Shown here one piece after another: positions 1 to 11,860 of a DNA stretch of 64,000 bases. The position numbers were made by a program, and so were the translations under genes. The notes beneath the pieces were generated by a model. The model ran no database searches and was not told where the DNA came from. It was given only the letters and a program-made list of their open reading frames with translations. The first letter of the stretch is position 1. The number at the start of each line of letters is the position of its first letter. The DNA comes from Takakia lepidozioides. Lineage: Eukaryota > Plantae > Bryophyta. The stretch lies in contig CM060731.1 of the NCBI GenBank assembly GCA_030704615.1, positions 53,010,001 through 53,074,000 on the forward strand. Reading direction: 5' to 3'.

Positions 1-3000
1 CGGACTGATTCTTGCCTCTACCTACGGAAAGGTCTTGGCCTAATGAGAGGGTGTAAACTACGAGGAAGAGAAGCTAAAGTAATGCCTAACCCCAGCATGC
101 CCTCATCCCAACACTCTTCCTCTTATCTCTTCCCTCACTTGCATGACCATGGGAATATCATGAAGATACTCCTCAAACCACCCTCCACGAGCTTCAAAAT
201 TCAGCCTTCAAGACCACATACCAGTCCTTAGGCAGTCCACCAGTGCCTCCACGAGTCAGCACAGGCCGTCCACAGGTCAACACGGGCCACCACAGACCAG
301 CACAGGCCCACACAGCTCACAGGCCACAGCCCGTCACAGCCCTACACAGGTCACAGGGTCACAGCCCCACAGGTCGCAGCCTGTCACAGCCCCAAAGGCC
401 ACATGTCACAGCCTGTCACAGCCCATCACAACCCCAAAGGCCACAGGCACAGCTTGTCACAGCCCTACAAAGGTCACAGGGTCATAGCCCCAAAAGCCAC
501 AGCCTATCACAGCCCCTCACAGCCCCTCACAGCCCTATAGGCCACAGGGCACAACCCGACACAGGTCACATGGGTCACAGCCCCAAAGGCCACAGCCCCT
601 CACAGCCCGTCACAACCCCACAGGCCACTGGGCACAGCCTGTCATAGCCCCTCACAGCCCGTCACAGCTTGCCACAGCCTGTCACAGCCCGATCACAGCC
701 CCACAAGCAACAGGGCACAGCTTGTCACAGCCCGTCACAGCCCCACAGGCCACTAGGCACAGCCTGTCACAGCCCGTCACAGCCCGTCACAGCTCGCCAC
801 AGCCTGTCACAGCCCGTCACAGCCCCACAGACCACAGGGCACAGCCTGTCACAGCTCGCCACAGCCCATCACAGCCCATCACAGCCTGTCACATCCCGTC
901 ACAGCCCGTCACAGCCCCACAGGCCACAGGGCACAGCCTGTCACAGCCCCTCATAGCCCGTCACAGCCCCACAGGCCACAGGACACAGCCTGTCAAACCC
1001 CTCACAGCCCGTCACAGCCCCACAGGCCACAGGGCACAGCCTGTCACAGCCCCTCATAGCCCGTCACAGCCCCACAGGCCACAGGACACAACCTGTCAAA
1101 CCCCTCACAGCCCGTCACAGCCCCACAGGCCACAGGGCACAGCCTGTCACAGCTCGCCACAGCCCATCACAGCCCATCACAGCCTGTCACAGCTCGCCAC
1201 AACCTGTCACAGCCCGTCACAACCCCACAGGCCACAAGGCACAGCCTGTCACAGCCCCACACAGCCCGTCACAGCCCCGCATGCCACAGGGCACAGCCTG
1301 TTACAGCCCCGCACAGCCTGTCACAGCCCCTCACAGCCCCTCACAGCTCGCCACAGCCTGTCACAGCCCCTCACAACCCCACAGGCCACAGGGCACAGCC
1401 TGTCACAGCCCCTTATAGCCCATCACAGCCCCACAAGCCACAGGCCACAGCCTGTCACAGCCCCTTATAGCCCGTCACAGCCCCACAGGCCACGGGGCAC
1501 AGCCTGTCAAGCCCCTCACAGCCTGTCACAGCCCCTTATAGCCCATCACAGCCCCACAGGCCACAGGCCACAGCCTGTCACAGCCCCTTATAGCCCGTCA
1601 CAGCCCCACAGGCCACGGGGCACAGCCTGTCAAGCCCCTCACAGCCTGTCACAGCCCCACAGGCCACTGGGAACAGCCTGTCACAGCCCCTCACAGCCCC
1701 AAAGGCCTCAGGCACGGCCTGACACAGCCCCTCACAGCCCGTCACAGCCCCAAAGGCCTCAAGCACGGCCTATCACAGCCCCTCACAGCCCCTCATAGCC
1801 CATCACAGCCCCAAAGGCCACGGGCATAGCCTGTCACAGCCTCTCATAGCCCGTCACAGCCCCAAAGGCCAGGGGCGCAGCCCGTCACAGCCCGTCACAG
1901 CCCCCAAGGCCACTGACACAACCCCTCACAGCCCGTCACAGCCCCCAAGGCCACAGGGACAGCCCGTCACAGCCCCATCCATGGCCGCTCTGGCAGTTTA
2001 GCCATTTCTCCAAGGGGTTTAGCCACGCCAAGCTAGGGTTTGTGTCTCTTGGACTCTAGGCTTCTTTCCACCGAGCTATGGCGGCTGTGAGGAAATCGGC
2101 AAGGTATTCTTGCTCTTTTGGCTCCCACACACCACCATAGTAGCCCTAAGCCAGTAGCCCCAAACACGCCACTAAACTCAATGGCAAACAACCAAGCCCT
2201 GCTGGTTCCCAGCCCTTGTGAGCACTCATTCAAGCACTCTCCTTGGCCATAGCATCTGTCTTAGAGCCTATTCCAGCCCCCTACACCTGCTGCTTCAAGA
2301 GTTGCGCTCCCTTCAAGCTTGAAGTTGAAACCCCAACTCACATAGGCCCTACAAGTGCTCTTTCACTCCAAGTGGAAACCAGCCCTAGACCTTCCATTCT
2401 AGCTCTCTAAAGCTTGAAAACAAGAGCCTCAATGGGCTGAAGGCATGCTCCACACATGCCCCACTCTCACCATAAGAGAATCAGCTCATTTGCTTCATTT
2501 CTTGCACCCACAAACCTGAAAATACAAGCTTCAGTAGGCTGAAAGCATGCTCCACATGCCCTACAGGGAAACCAGCCCCTTCCTTCCTTTCTTGCACTTC
2601 CACACCTGAAAGTGCAAGCCTTCACCAGGCTAATAGCATGCTCCGACACTCCTCTTGTGGTGCAAGAACTTTTCTTCCAAGCTCTGAAACCCTAGGTGTA
2701 CATTCCATGGCCTTGCCGCACCTCTTAGCTCCTGTTCCAGCCCCGCTCTTGCCATGGCAAGAGCCCTCATACCGCTGGAGTTTCAGATTGAAACCCCCAA
2801 CTCAACATAGCCACAAATGCATTGGCTTGCATACAAGAGAAATCAGCCATCTCTCTTTACTCATACCTCCTTATGAGCTTGCAGTTGGAGCTCCCGATAA
2901 CTGTGACTTACATCTAACACCCTCGCAGCTCCACATTGCTGCAGCTCCTTAACTTGGCCTGCAGCTGAAGAAGACAACCACCGGTTCACCCACTCGAGAC

Positions 3001-3529
3001 CAACATCTCCTCCGCTTCACACTAGAAGCCCAAACTTGGTTGCCATAGCGTTGAGCTATGCAACGCCGCTCTTCAACATAGGCTACCCGCCTCTCTATCC
3101 ATTGCAAACCTGCAATCTGTTCGCCTTTGCACTCTATCCACTTTGGATAGGCTCATGCACGGATCCCTGCACTCTAGGCTGAACTGCTTCTCATGAAAAC
3201 ACAAGTGCTACAAAACAACTCGAACCTGGCACTCACAGACTCGAGCTGATCTTTCTCGAGTGATAAAGAAGAAGAATACAAGCACGAGCTCATGCGAGCT
3301 CACAAAGCTGAAGCATAAACTCATGCATATATAAACTCATCACTCAAATACAAGTCAAGCCAAGTGCACCCCACGCCATGGGGAATCCACACTACGACGC
3401 CATAGCTAGGCGCGGTGAGGCTCAACTCGAGAAAGATGAGCCTCCCGCGCTTGCCGTGAAGATAACCACTCCAGGGCCTAAATCTGCCTTGACCCCTGGA
3501 TTGACACTTGGGCCAATCCCAAATGTCAA
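1..3529 (-). mobile_element. Probable long LTR of an LTR retrotransposon containing the satellite (continues beyond window start)
   Basis: Non-coding block ending at ...aaatgtca (3529), i.e. TG on the minus strand, just before the hAT fragment. Degenerate roughly 100-bp repeats at 2250-2800. No partner LTR or PBS/PPT visible. Confidence 0.4.
250..1980. repeat. Hierarchical C/A-rich tandem repeat (about 10-bp core GTCACAGCCC within 50-60 bp higher-order units)
   Basis: Continuous cacagccc/gtcacagcc/acaggccaca iterations over about 1.7 kb with strong strand bias. The long ORFs here are repeat read-through. Confidence 0.95.
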
Positions 3530-3581
3530 TATGTAAAAGCTAGCTATTTCCTAGCTAGTTTCACACTAGTGGTAAAATAAC

Positions 3582-4251
3582 TTGACAGTTATTACAAACT
3601 TGCGACTTTGCAAGTTAGGTGTTCAGAACCTTGATATGCTTGTGAGCATTGTCAAGAATTGGCCGAATGATGCTCGTGTTGGTTGCATGAGCTCTTCCAT
3701 GAGCGAATTTTTGAACAGTGAGAAAGTCCTCTTAGATGACAACGAGGAGGTGATTGCAGAGGCCGAGTTGTTTGAGATAGAATGATTTCTTTGTGTACTC
3801 TATAGTACACTACTCTACACACATTGATTTACACTTGGTTACTTTGTATTATTATTATTTCATAAATTTGCTTATAAATGTTGTGTTGTTTCTTTTCAAC
3901 ATGGTCAAAATATTTGATATAACTAATGGGGATTCACAAATCATTTTCAGATTTATAAAAAAACGATAAATATAAATATATATAAATATAAATATATATA
4001 AATATAAATATATATAAATATAAATATATATAAATATAAATTCAAAAAATACAGAACCGGAACCGGAAACTGGAACCGGCGGATCCTTCCCAAAAAATAC
4101 CCGGAACCGGAACCGTCATCTACTCATGAATTTTGGAACCGGAACCGCTTCATAAAAAAGAACCGGATCTGGAACCGGAACCGCCTCTTTAAATCTATCA
4201 AGGAACTGGAACCGGCGGTTCCTTCAATATGGCAAGAACCGCACAACACTG
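3582..4251 (+). mobile_element. 3' end of a hAT DNA transposon: transposase C-terminal (dimerisation domain) fragment, AACCGG subterminal repeats, TIR
   Basis: ITNLRLCKLGVQNLDMLVSIVKNWPNDAR resembles a hAT dimerisation-domain C-terminus. Many (G)AACCGG repeats at 4056-4215. Terminus ...CAACACTG at 4251 (reverse complement CAGTGTTG). Confidence 0.75.
3968..4041. repeat. AT-rich 16-bp minisatellite (ATAAATATAAATATAT)n
   Basis: About 4.5 direct copies read from the sequence. Confidence 0.85.
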
Positions 4252-4369
4252 GTTATAACATTTGAACAATGTGCATTTTTTGCATAACGAAAAACAAAAA
4301 CCGAAACTTCACCTTTGACCAAGCAAAAAATCTATGTTCCAAAATTTTGCAGGGAGAATCCGAGCCATA

Positions 4370-4830
4370 TTCATGCCAATTGGACCTTGTTTACATTTTG
4401 GCCTACAAATTGTTGTGGGCTCATGTTGTATTAGTGTATAATAGCTTACTGGAAAGCTAAAAGAATTTTCTAACTTTGAGTTGATTTCGTATCAATCTAA
4501 CAAAGACAAAAGGTTATTCAACAAAATCTGAGGGCAATGTAGCTACATGTGTTTGTTGTGCCAATTTGACCTCCTTGCACAGTTTCGCTTATAAATTCCT
4601 GTGGGCTTATGCTCTATGAGTGTGCAATAGCTTTTTGGAAAGCTAAAAGGATTTCCCAACTCTGTATTTTGGTTTCATACTAATGAATGCAGAGGAAAAG
4701 AAAATTACACCACAAAATCCGAGGGGTAATGTACCTTCATGCCTCTACATCTTTTGTAAGGAACCTAATTTATGCTATTATTTGTGGGTTTTTCAATATG
4801 TAATCTGTAACGAGTGGGAAAGATGATGAC
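4370..4830. repeat. Degenerate about 186-bp tandem repeat (2-3 copies), possibly a subterminal array of a non-autonomous DNA transposon
   Basis: tgccaatt(g/t)gacc at 4374/4559; ggaaagctaaaag at 4451/4637; aaaatc(t/c)gaggg at 4523/4714. Confidence 0.6.
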
Positions 4831-5829
4831 CCTCTTTCATTCAGACCTGGTTTAACACTCCATGATGTAAAGCTTTCCACTAAGAGAGTGGCCGTGGCCG
4901 TGGAGAGAGGGAGCCAGACTACTTAGGGATTACCAACTTGCTTGGGTGAATTTTGCCCGAGTTCACCTAGCGGATGAGTCGTGGGATCTCATCCACCCAT
5001 GTGTGCCTCCATCACTAGACCATTGTTCAAAGCGCTGGCCGCTCAAGTGTTGGCAGCATCGATCTGTTTCCTCGTCATCTGTTGGTCTCCCATGATAAAA
5101 GAGCCCGCCAATAGTGACTGTGAGGCTTGTTTTTGCTAGTAAAAGAGATGAACGAAGTAGCGAATGAGGGGTTTTGACTCAAGCTGCTATGATGATGTAA
5201 CGTGGACCAGATTGTGTCTTCAGTTAAGTAAGAATACATCTCTTTCTTTTCAAGAGATGCTTTGAGGCCTTTGTTGTTGTATTTAATATTATGATCTAGG
5301 CGTGGTTATGATCATTGCAGCATCGTTGGAAGTTATGGTTGCTCAGCTGCACACGGGTGGTTATCACAGAATGATAGTATTTGGACGTCAGACATAAAGC
5401 GTGCAAAAGAGACCCCGTGGATGGAGAGTGGGTTGACCTTGGGTGCAAGCAGAGCTAGCTGGCAAGACACAAGGCGGAACACGATCTGTTGATGGCGTTC
5501 ATGCAGCATGGCTCCCAGACCGAGAATATGGGTGTTGTTTGAAGAGCGATGATCCAAGGGTTTCAATTTCAATGCCCACAGGTTTAATTTCTATGTAGAT
5601 GATTGCAGAAGTGCTGTATCCCGGTGAAATCTGGAAAAGCCTATCCGTCTTTCTTTGAAATGCAGGATGGCAAGGTTCCACCATCACCAGTACTTTAAAG
5701 AGGACCAAGGGAGGGAGTCGCTGGTGTCTCTGGTGTGGATGTGAGGGTACCGTGTAAGGAGGGAAAACTGGCCTTGCACATTCTGGACAAACAATGCATT
5801 CAGGGGATTCCACTTTTGTCTCTCGATGA

Positions 5830-6010
5830 AAGCTCTGGTAGAGGGAAAGCAGGTGCATGCACACATTACACGAAGTGAATAAATGTCTAACATCGTTCTA
5901 GTTAGCACCCTTGTCAACATGTATGCCAAATGTGGGAGCATCACAGATGCTCGTTAAGTGTTTGAAAAAATGACCAAACGAGATGTCGTCTCATGGAACA
6001 CATTGCTTAC
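5830..6010 (+). pseudogene. PLS-class PPR protein fragment with in-frame stops
   Basis: Reads ALVEGKQVHAHITRSE*MSNIVLVSTLVNMYAKCGSITDAR*VFEKMTKRDVVSWNTLL, typical L/S/P motif text with two TAA stops. Confidence 0.85.
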
Positions 6011-7933
6011 AGGAAACCTTAGATGCTAAAAATGAAGAAGACCCAGACCACCAAAAACAGATCGACGAAACCCTTCAAGGAGAAATGCACTCCGAAATAA
6101 AAGAGGAAGGGAGAGAAGTGATGCGAAAGCGAGAGATCGGGGGAGGCAGATTGCGAAGAGCCATCTATTACTCATGACCGAAAGGTTAAGTCAGAGCACT
6201 CGGACAACCCAGGATGATAACCGATGACCAATTCGTGACCTGATGGATGCATCGCCACTTATGAATGGAATTGGGTGGCCCCATTTGAAGGCTTGCTCCA
6301 TTGCAGTGCATGCTTGCTCAAGAACTGCTTGCTTTGGGGAAGGATGTTCTCTTTGAGCTTGATATCAACTCCGATCTGCTGCTCGTATGACCACAGCAGA
6401 CGGCCAAGGCATCTGTGCTCAGCCGTCGCCATCAAGCTAGTGGTGTGGGAGGCTTTGTGGTACACATCCGTGGTTGACAGGGTTTCCTCATTTCCACAAC
6501 TGCTGGTAGAGTTGATATACCCAGCGTACATTTTGGACTTATTCCCCAAGAGAACTGGAAATGCATTGAAACGGCTACAAAATCTTCACTGGAAGATGAC
6601 TCCATAGAAATAGAATAAGAAAGGCAGTTCAAGAGCCCAAAGTTCCTCGTTCTTAGGAAGGAATCGCAGTGAAGGAATCTCCGTGTTAGCTTACTTGGTC
6701 ATCGAGCTGTTGAATCCATCAGACATTCACAACTTAGCAGACCCTCAATGTAGCATGCCAATACACCAGAAAGTGGTAGATTTACTAGAAATTTTGTTGT
6801 TATTTTCAAGGTACAAAAGAGGAAAACGATGTGTGACAGGTTACTCAAGGCACAATACAGGAATTTTATTGTAGAAACAGACACCACCAGATTCTACCTC
6901 CAGTCCATGGCAGAGCCGAAGAGTATCCTGCAGCGAGCATGGCGACAAGCGGCCTCAAATCCAAATCGGACTGTCAATACTCCATCTGGGGAGAGAACGA
7001 GCAAGGCTGTCAGCCACCCAATATATGCATCTCCACTCCTGTCGACCAGCTTGTCTACCTTGAGGTGACACAATTGATCAATCTAAGCTTGGATGCAATG
7101 CTCCTAATCTGGGTTACTTCAGAGACGAGCTGACCACCTTCACCTTTGAGAATCAAAGGGCGCCATTTTCTGTCCCTTAAAAGTGTTCTCAAATTGACAG
7201 AAATTTTCCTAGCCACACCCACAGATAACTGGAAGACTTTTAATGCTCCCTTAAAGACTTAAAACGTCATACCTTCTGGCTGCCAGCACTTGCTGGCTGT
7301 AGCTCCACCCAGTCCAGAAACGCAGCCTTGGGTCCTCAGAAAGCAGATATGAGTTTGCTACTAATTCGATTCCATCTACCTTTGTAACAATTGGGGCAAA
7401 ATGTGCCATTGTTGTGGATTCTCCTTTGGAGCCTTTCTTATGTCCACAGGTGACCCCGAAGGCTCATGGGAGAGAGTCCATTGACTGTTCCCTGGGAACA
7501 TAGGCTATCACGCACCCTCCAAGGTAGTATTTCCTCAGAGGTGTGAGAGAGACATACATAAAAGTTGTCTTTTCTCCCAAAAGAGAATGGAAAAATGAGT
7601 GAATGATATAAAGAAAGAAATTTTACATCTTTGCATGAGGCACTTTGAGCTTATGGTGGCATCTGCTGGCCACCATGCCCACAGATCACGCATGGGAATG
7701 AACACATCTCCTTAGTTATGGATGGAAGAGCTGGCGCTTCAAAGACAGAATGTCATAAATTCAATCAAGAATTGAAAGGCCCCATAAGCTGGCACAACCA
7801 CACTCTAGCGGAGGCAGCTAACCTTCTGATGAACTGTCTTGCTGCTACTTTGTACCAAGCCACACATACTTCAAATAGTGTCAGTAGATATGTGTGAGGT
7901 TTTGTGGCATGCATGACCTCAGGGTTCTCCTAT

Positions 7934-10900
7934 TCAACATGCATTTCCCTGAAGCCGGAGCTCAATTGAGTCAAAGTGTTGCTTGAGGGTCTCCTTCAGC
8001 GGTGGATCGGCAAAAGTATATTCAATTGCTTCCTTAGCCAGCTTGAGGAGCTCCTCCGATGTCAGATCTAGCAAACGTACATTACCATCGATCAGAATGA
8101 CTAGCCTGTATCCATATCAGGAGGTACATTTGATTGCTGTCATGATTTGATGGACTCTTAGGCTGCACTTTGAAGGCTAGCGATTGCAAGCAACCTGCTT
8201 GGTCTCTCTCCTTAATTAATAGCAGTCCTCTTGCAAGCTCAAATTGAAGCAGTATGCATGCCTCTATAATGTTGACCAATGACACTTACCAAGACAAGCA
8301 GCAGCAAGAGCATATTCTCGAGAAAGGCTGGTGGAGAAAATGCCTGGATCATCAGTGCAGATGACGATTGGGTGGTTGGCTTTGTGAAGTGACACTGTCC
8401 TCACCACATCAGCATCACCCTGTTTCCTTGTCAATTGGCAAGAACTGACACTTCCCACCATCTGATTACCATAAACTTTATGTACTCTACCAATCACGTC
8501 TGTTCCTGATGCACAAGGTCTTCTCAAAACTACAAACCGTGTAAAGTGTCCTGGAAGTCCCTGCCTCAACTCAAGTGTGAGACAGACTGATCCTATAATA
8601 GACCCCTGTCATCATAGACTGAGAAGAAATAAAACTTGCAAAGGGCTTTCACGTTACTCTTCAAATCTGAACATAGTCTGACAAGTTTTCCTCTGGCAAC
8701 CAGAAAGTGTAATTGAAATAGCACCATGTATCTTGAATTATATTAAAATCCCAAATACTTCTTTAAAATTTCAAAAACTTTTAGCAGAAACGGGAATGTG
8801 GATGTGCAACAAACTTAAGTGGAACCTTCTGAAAATTTCTGAAGGAACCAACAGCAGGGCAGATCTACTAAAGGCCAGAGTGGACCAACCAAAGTGATGG
8901 TCCAGGATGGATGGCACACTCAAAGTTGCCACATTGGAGGTGAGGCATACCTCCACCTGCGCAATCCACCCTCCCATTCATGATGCCCAAGCCCTTCTGT
9001 TTGCCGGCCAGAGTATCCTCAGATAAAATGTCATGCCGTCCGTGGTAAGTATGATTGCATCGGTGTGTGCTGATACGAGGAATGTGAACATGATGATATG
9101 ACTGTATGCAAGATCTGAAAATGGAAAGGCTAGTGGCAGTTTATGACCCGCTTTTGTGGCATCGCTGCATGAATCGTCTCTGGAGAGCAGTCTTCCTATG
9201 GTGAATCTGTGGCCCTCCTCCAGTCAGGATTTTGGATGGATTTAAGACAAGTAGATGGCCAAAATCGGTCCGTCTTACAATGTGGGAACAAGCCTTCGTA
9301 GGCTGCTATCCTTCTTTCTACTTCCTGTTCCCCCTACTACTTTGTGAAGGTAGGTTCTATGGCCGTGACACTACATAGATTGATGGTCATGTCACTCTCC
9401 ACAACCGTGCCAAAATCAGCTGCTTGACATTACTTACAGGGATACGAGAGGCCAGCAGTTTGCACCATTCAGAGTCATCTAGGCAGCAGACATGGCCCAC
9501 TCGGTCCGGTCGAAAGGCGAGCATGGCTTGCACTTCTTCAGGATTGTGCACCTACATACCCCATTCAACACTTTGTCACCTACTACCTGTCAAACCTCAC
9601 ACTTCTGGTATCTGCTAGCACTGCAGGACTTCAGGCCTTGTTACAGTCATTTCCTTTGACAAGTGCAATTGAGAAGGCATCAATAAAACACAAGAGTTAC
9701 ACCACTGCTGAAAAACAGACCTCTCCGCAATGTAGAGTCAGTAAAAGTCCCTGTTGTCGAGCAAAAGTCAGAGCAGGTACAAATGTTTGCCTGGAAAACA
9801 CATGAACAACAAATGTTGACAGTAATTACAAGGACAAAATATAAGTCTTCATATAGCAATAGACATACTCAATAGGTAAACTTAAACTGGGTCACAGACA
9901 ATTGTATGATAGGAAGTAATATAGGACACATCTAAGCTCTTCCTCTAATGAGCCTACATCAGGCCAAACTCACAGCAGGCCAGATACACACCATTCTCCA
10001 ATGGCAGGGTCCCCTGATAAATCAACGCCAACAACCTCCCGGCCTTCTTGGCGCATCTCGCATGCCAAGCGAACCTACCGAAACAAACATATATAATGAC
10101 AAAGTGACCCGCCACATGTAACTACCACATTGATGATCTGCACTCCTTACTTGGAATTGAAATTAGCCAAAAAAGAAGTACTGAGTGTGTCCTTTCTAAT
10201 GAATACACAATAAGATTACACATGACTCACAGTGTCTAAGGCTGCCTCCACACTCTCCCGCCGATCAATGCTTAGAATTAGACGGACATAGATAGAGTTT
10301 TCTGCAGTAGCAGCTTTATCAAGGCCTGCCATAACTGCTTCCATGTATGACCGCTTGGTCATTTTCACTGCTGGATTGTTCTGTGCCACCCCACTCAGTT
10401 TGTCCTCATCATACTTCCTTCCCAACCACCTCCATGAGTAGAATCATGATCGAACTAACAGTTGTTCACCCTGCCTCAACCCCTCAACCTATTTGTTTGA
10501 GGACATTGTCCTTGTCGAAGCCACACCCCCAACAGCATGTGACCTCAGTTGTGGTACATAACAAGTGCTAGCGAAGGATGACTGGCATTTGCGGTACCTT
10601 GGGTGTTGTACGCAGCTCTGCATAAATAATGTTTTCCACAGCAAAATCTTCAATCACCTAATATCCAGGCCAAGTTTCAGTCTGTTGGTGTTGCAAATAT
10701 GTTCCAGCAATCTACATATGAAGCTTAGCAAGGAAGATGAACCTCACCTCTCGTGTGATTCGTGTGATAACAGCATGTTCAGTGGTAATTATGCGAATCA
10801 AGTCAAAAAGTTTGAAAGTCTCTGGTAGTGACCGCCTCTCTGTCAAACATCAACAACTGTTAGGGATCACAAGGAAGCTCTTTAAAGATTCCTGACTTCA

Positions 10901-11860
10901 CAGAGCTGTTAAGAAATATGCCACATGAAGAAATGTACGAAGGGGTCAGCCAGAGAGAAGACCTTTCTGGATTATACACTCCAACTCAGAGAAGGAGACA
11001 ACACCTTTCTTGGCATGCTCACCTGCAAGCTCCCTGCCCATGCATCCCATATTAAATCTCATTCTTCGCTGGGTAATGGGAAGGAGAAAGGAAACACAGT
11101 GTAGAGTGGATTTTCAAACTAGCTGTTGTTCAGATAGATAGCTCAACTTTCCTTCCACTGGGCACACAACCAACTGGAGAATTCAGATTGCTTGGATGGA
11201 ACAGGGCTGAAATGCATTCATTGCTTGATCCTGGGACTGCTTGGGTTGACTATCTGTATAACCAACACATCGTTGAAGGGGGACCTGTTTCTCAAGAGTC
11301 TTAAAAACATTCTCAGAATGTTTTTGCAGATTGATGACTGCTTTGAGCAATTGTAATACTCCAACAATATAGGCCAGTCTCTACTGAAAATCCTATCTGG
11401 CGACTATTCCAACTATTGAAAGGAACACGGAATTGTACTTGGGAAGGAACAAATTTCACAACTCTGGCGGACATATTTTTACATAGCATTGGGTCGAACA
11501 AGGAGGTGCATTCCCATAGTAACCAGTTGTATAACACTGCGATTTAGCTACCACAACACTCCCAAGTTAAGATTGTAGTCTCATCTACATGACTGACGAC
11601 TTGTCCATCCAGCAGGAAATTGTGACGCAGCGAACTCCATATTTTCGGTCCTAAAATGCAACAAGCGCACAGAGAAACAGTAGGGGAGGCACCGGATTGA
11701 TAGAGGGAGAGAGAGATAGAGAGATAAGGGCAGACAGGAGGGTAGACGAGCGAATGCTGCCATTTAGATGCGCGTGGAGCTCGAGTTTGGGCAGCGCCCG
11801 GCACAGCGGGAGGTGCTCGAAGTCCAAATCTCTGGAATGCCTTTGTGCCGGACAATCCAT
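7934..11860 (-). CDS. MAPDA: Adenosine deaminase-like protein / N6-methyl-AMP deaminase (ADAL/MAPDA family), 11 coding exons
   Basis: Exons joined by GT-AG introns, approximately 11860-11736, 11033-10963, 10839-10749, 10657-10598, 10381-10231, 10075-9991, 9790-9721, 9552-9438, 8956-8890, 8395-8290, 8067-7934. Motifs [68 protein letters not shown]. Confidence 0.93.

Noticed and set aside
243-1798. Long ORFs (134, 95 and 358 aa) rich in H/S/P/Q/T
   Set aside because: Read-through of a stop-poor satellite, open in several frames with no domain.
6259-7133. Cluster of 60-110 aa ORFs
   Set aside because: No recognisable domain or splice structure. Possibly decayed coding sequence, but unsupported.
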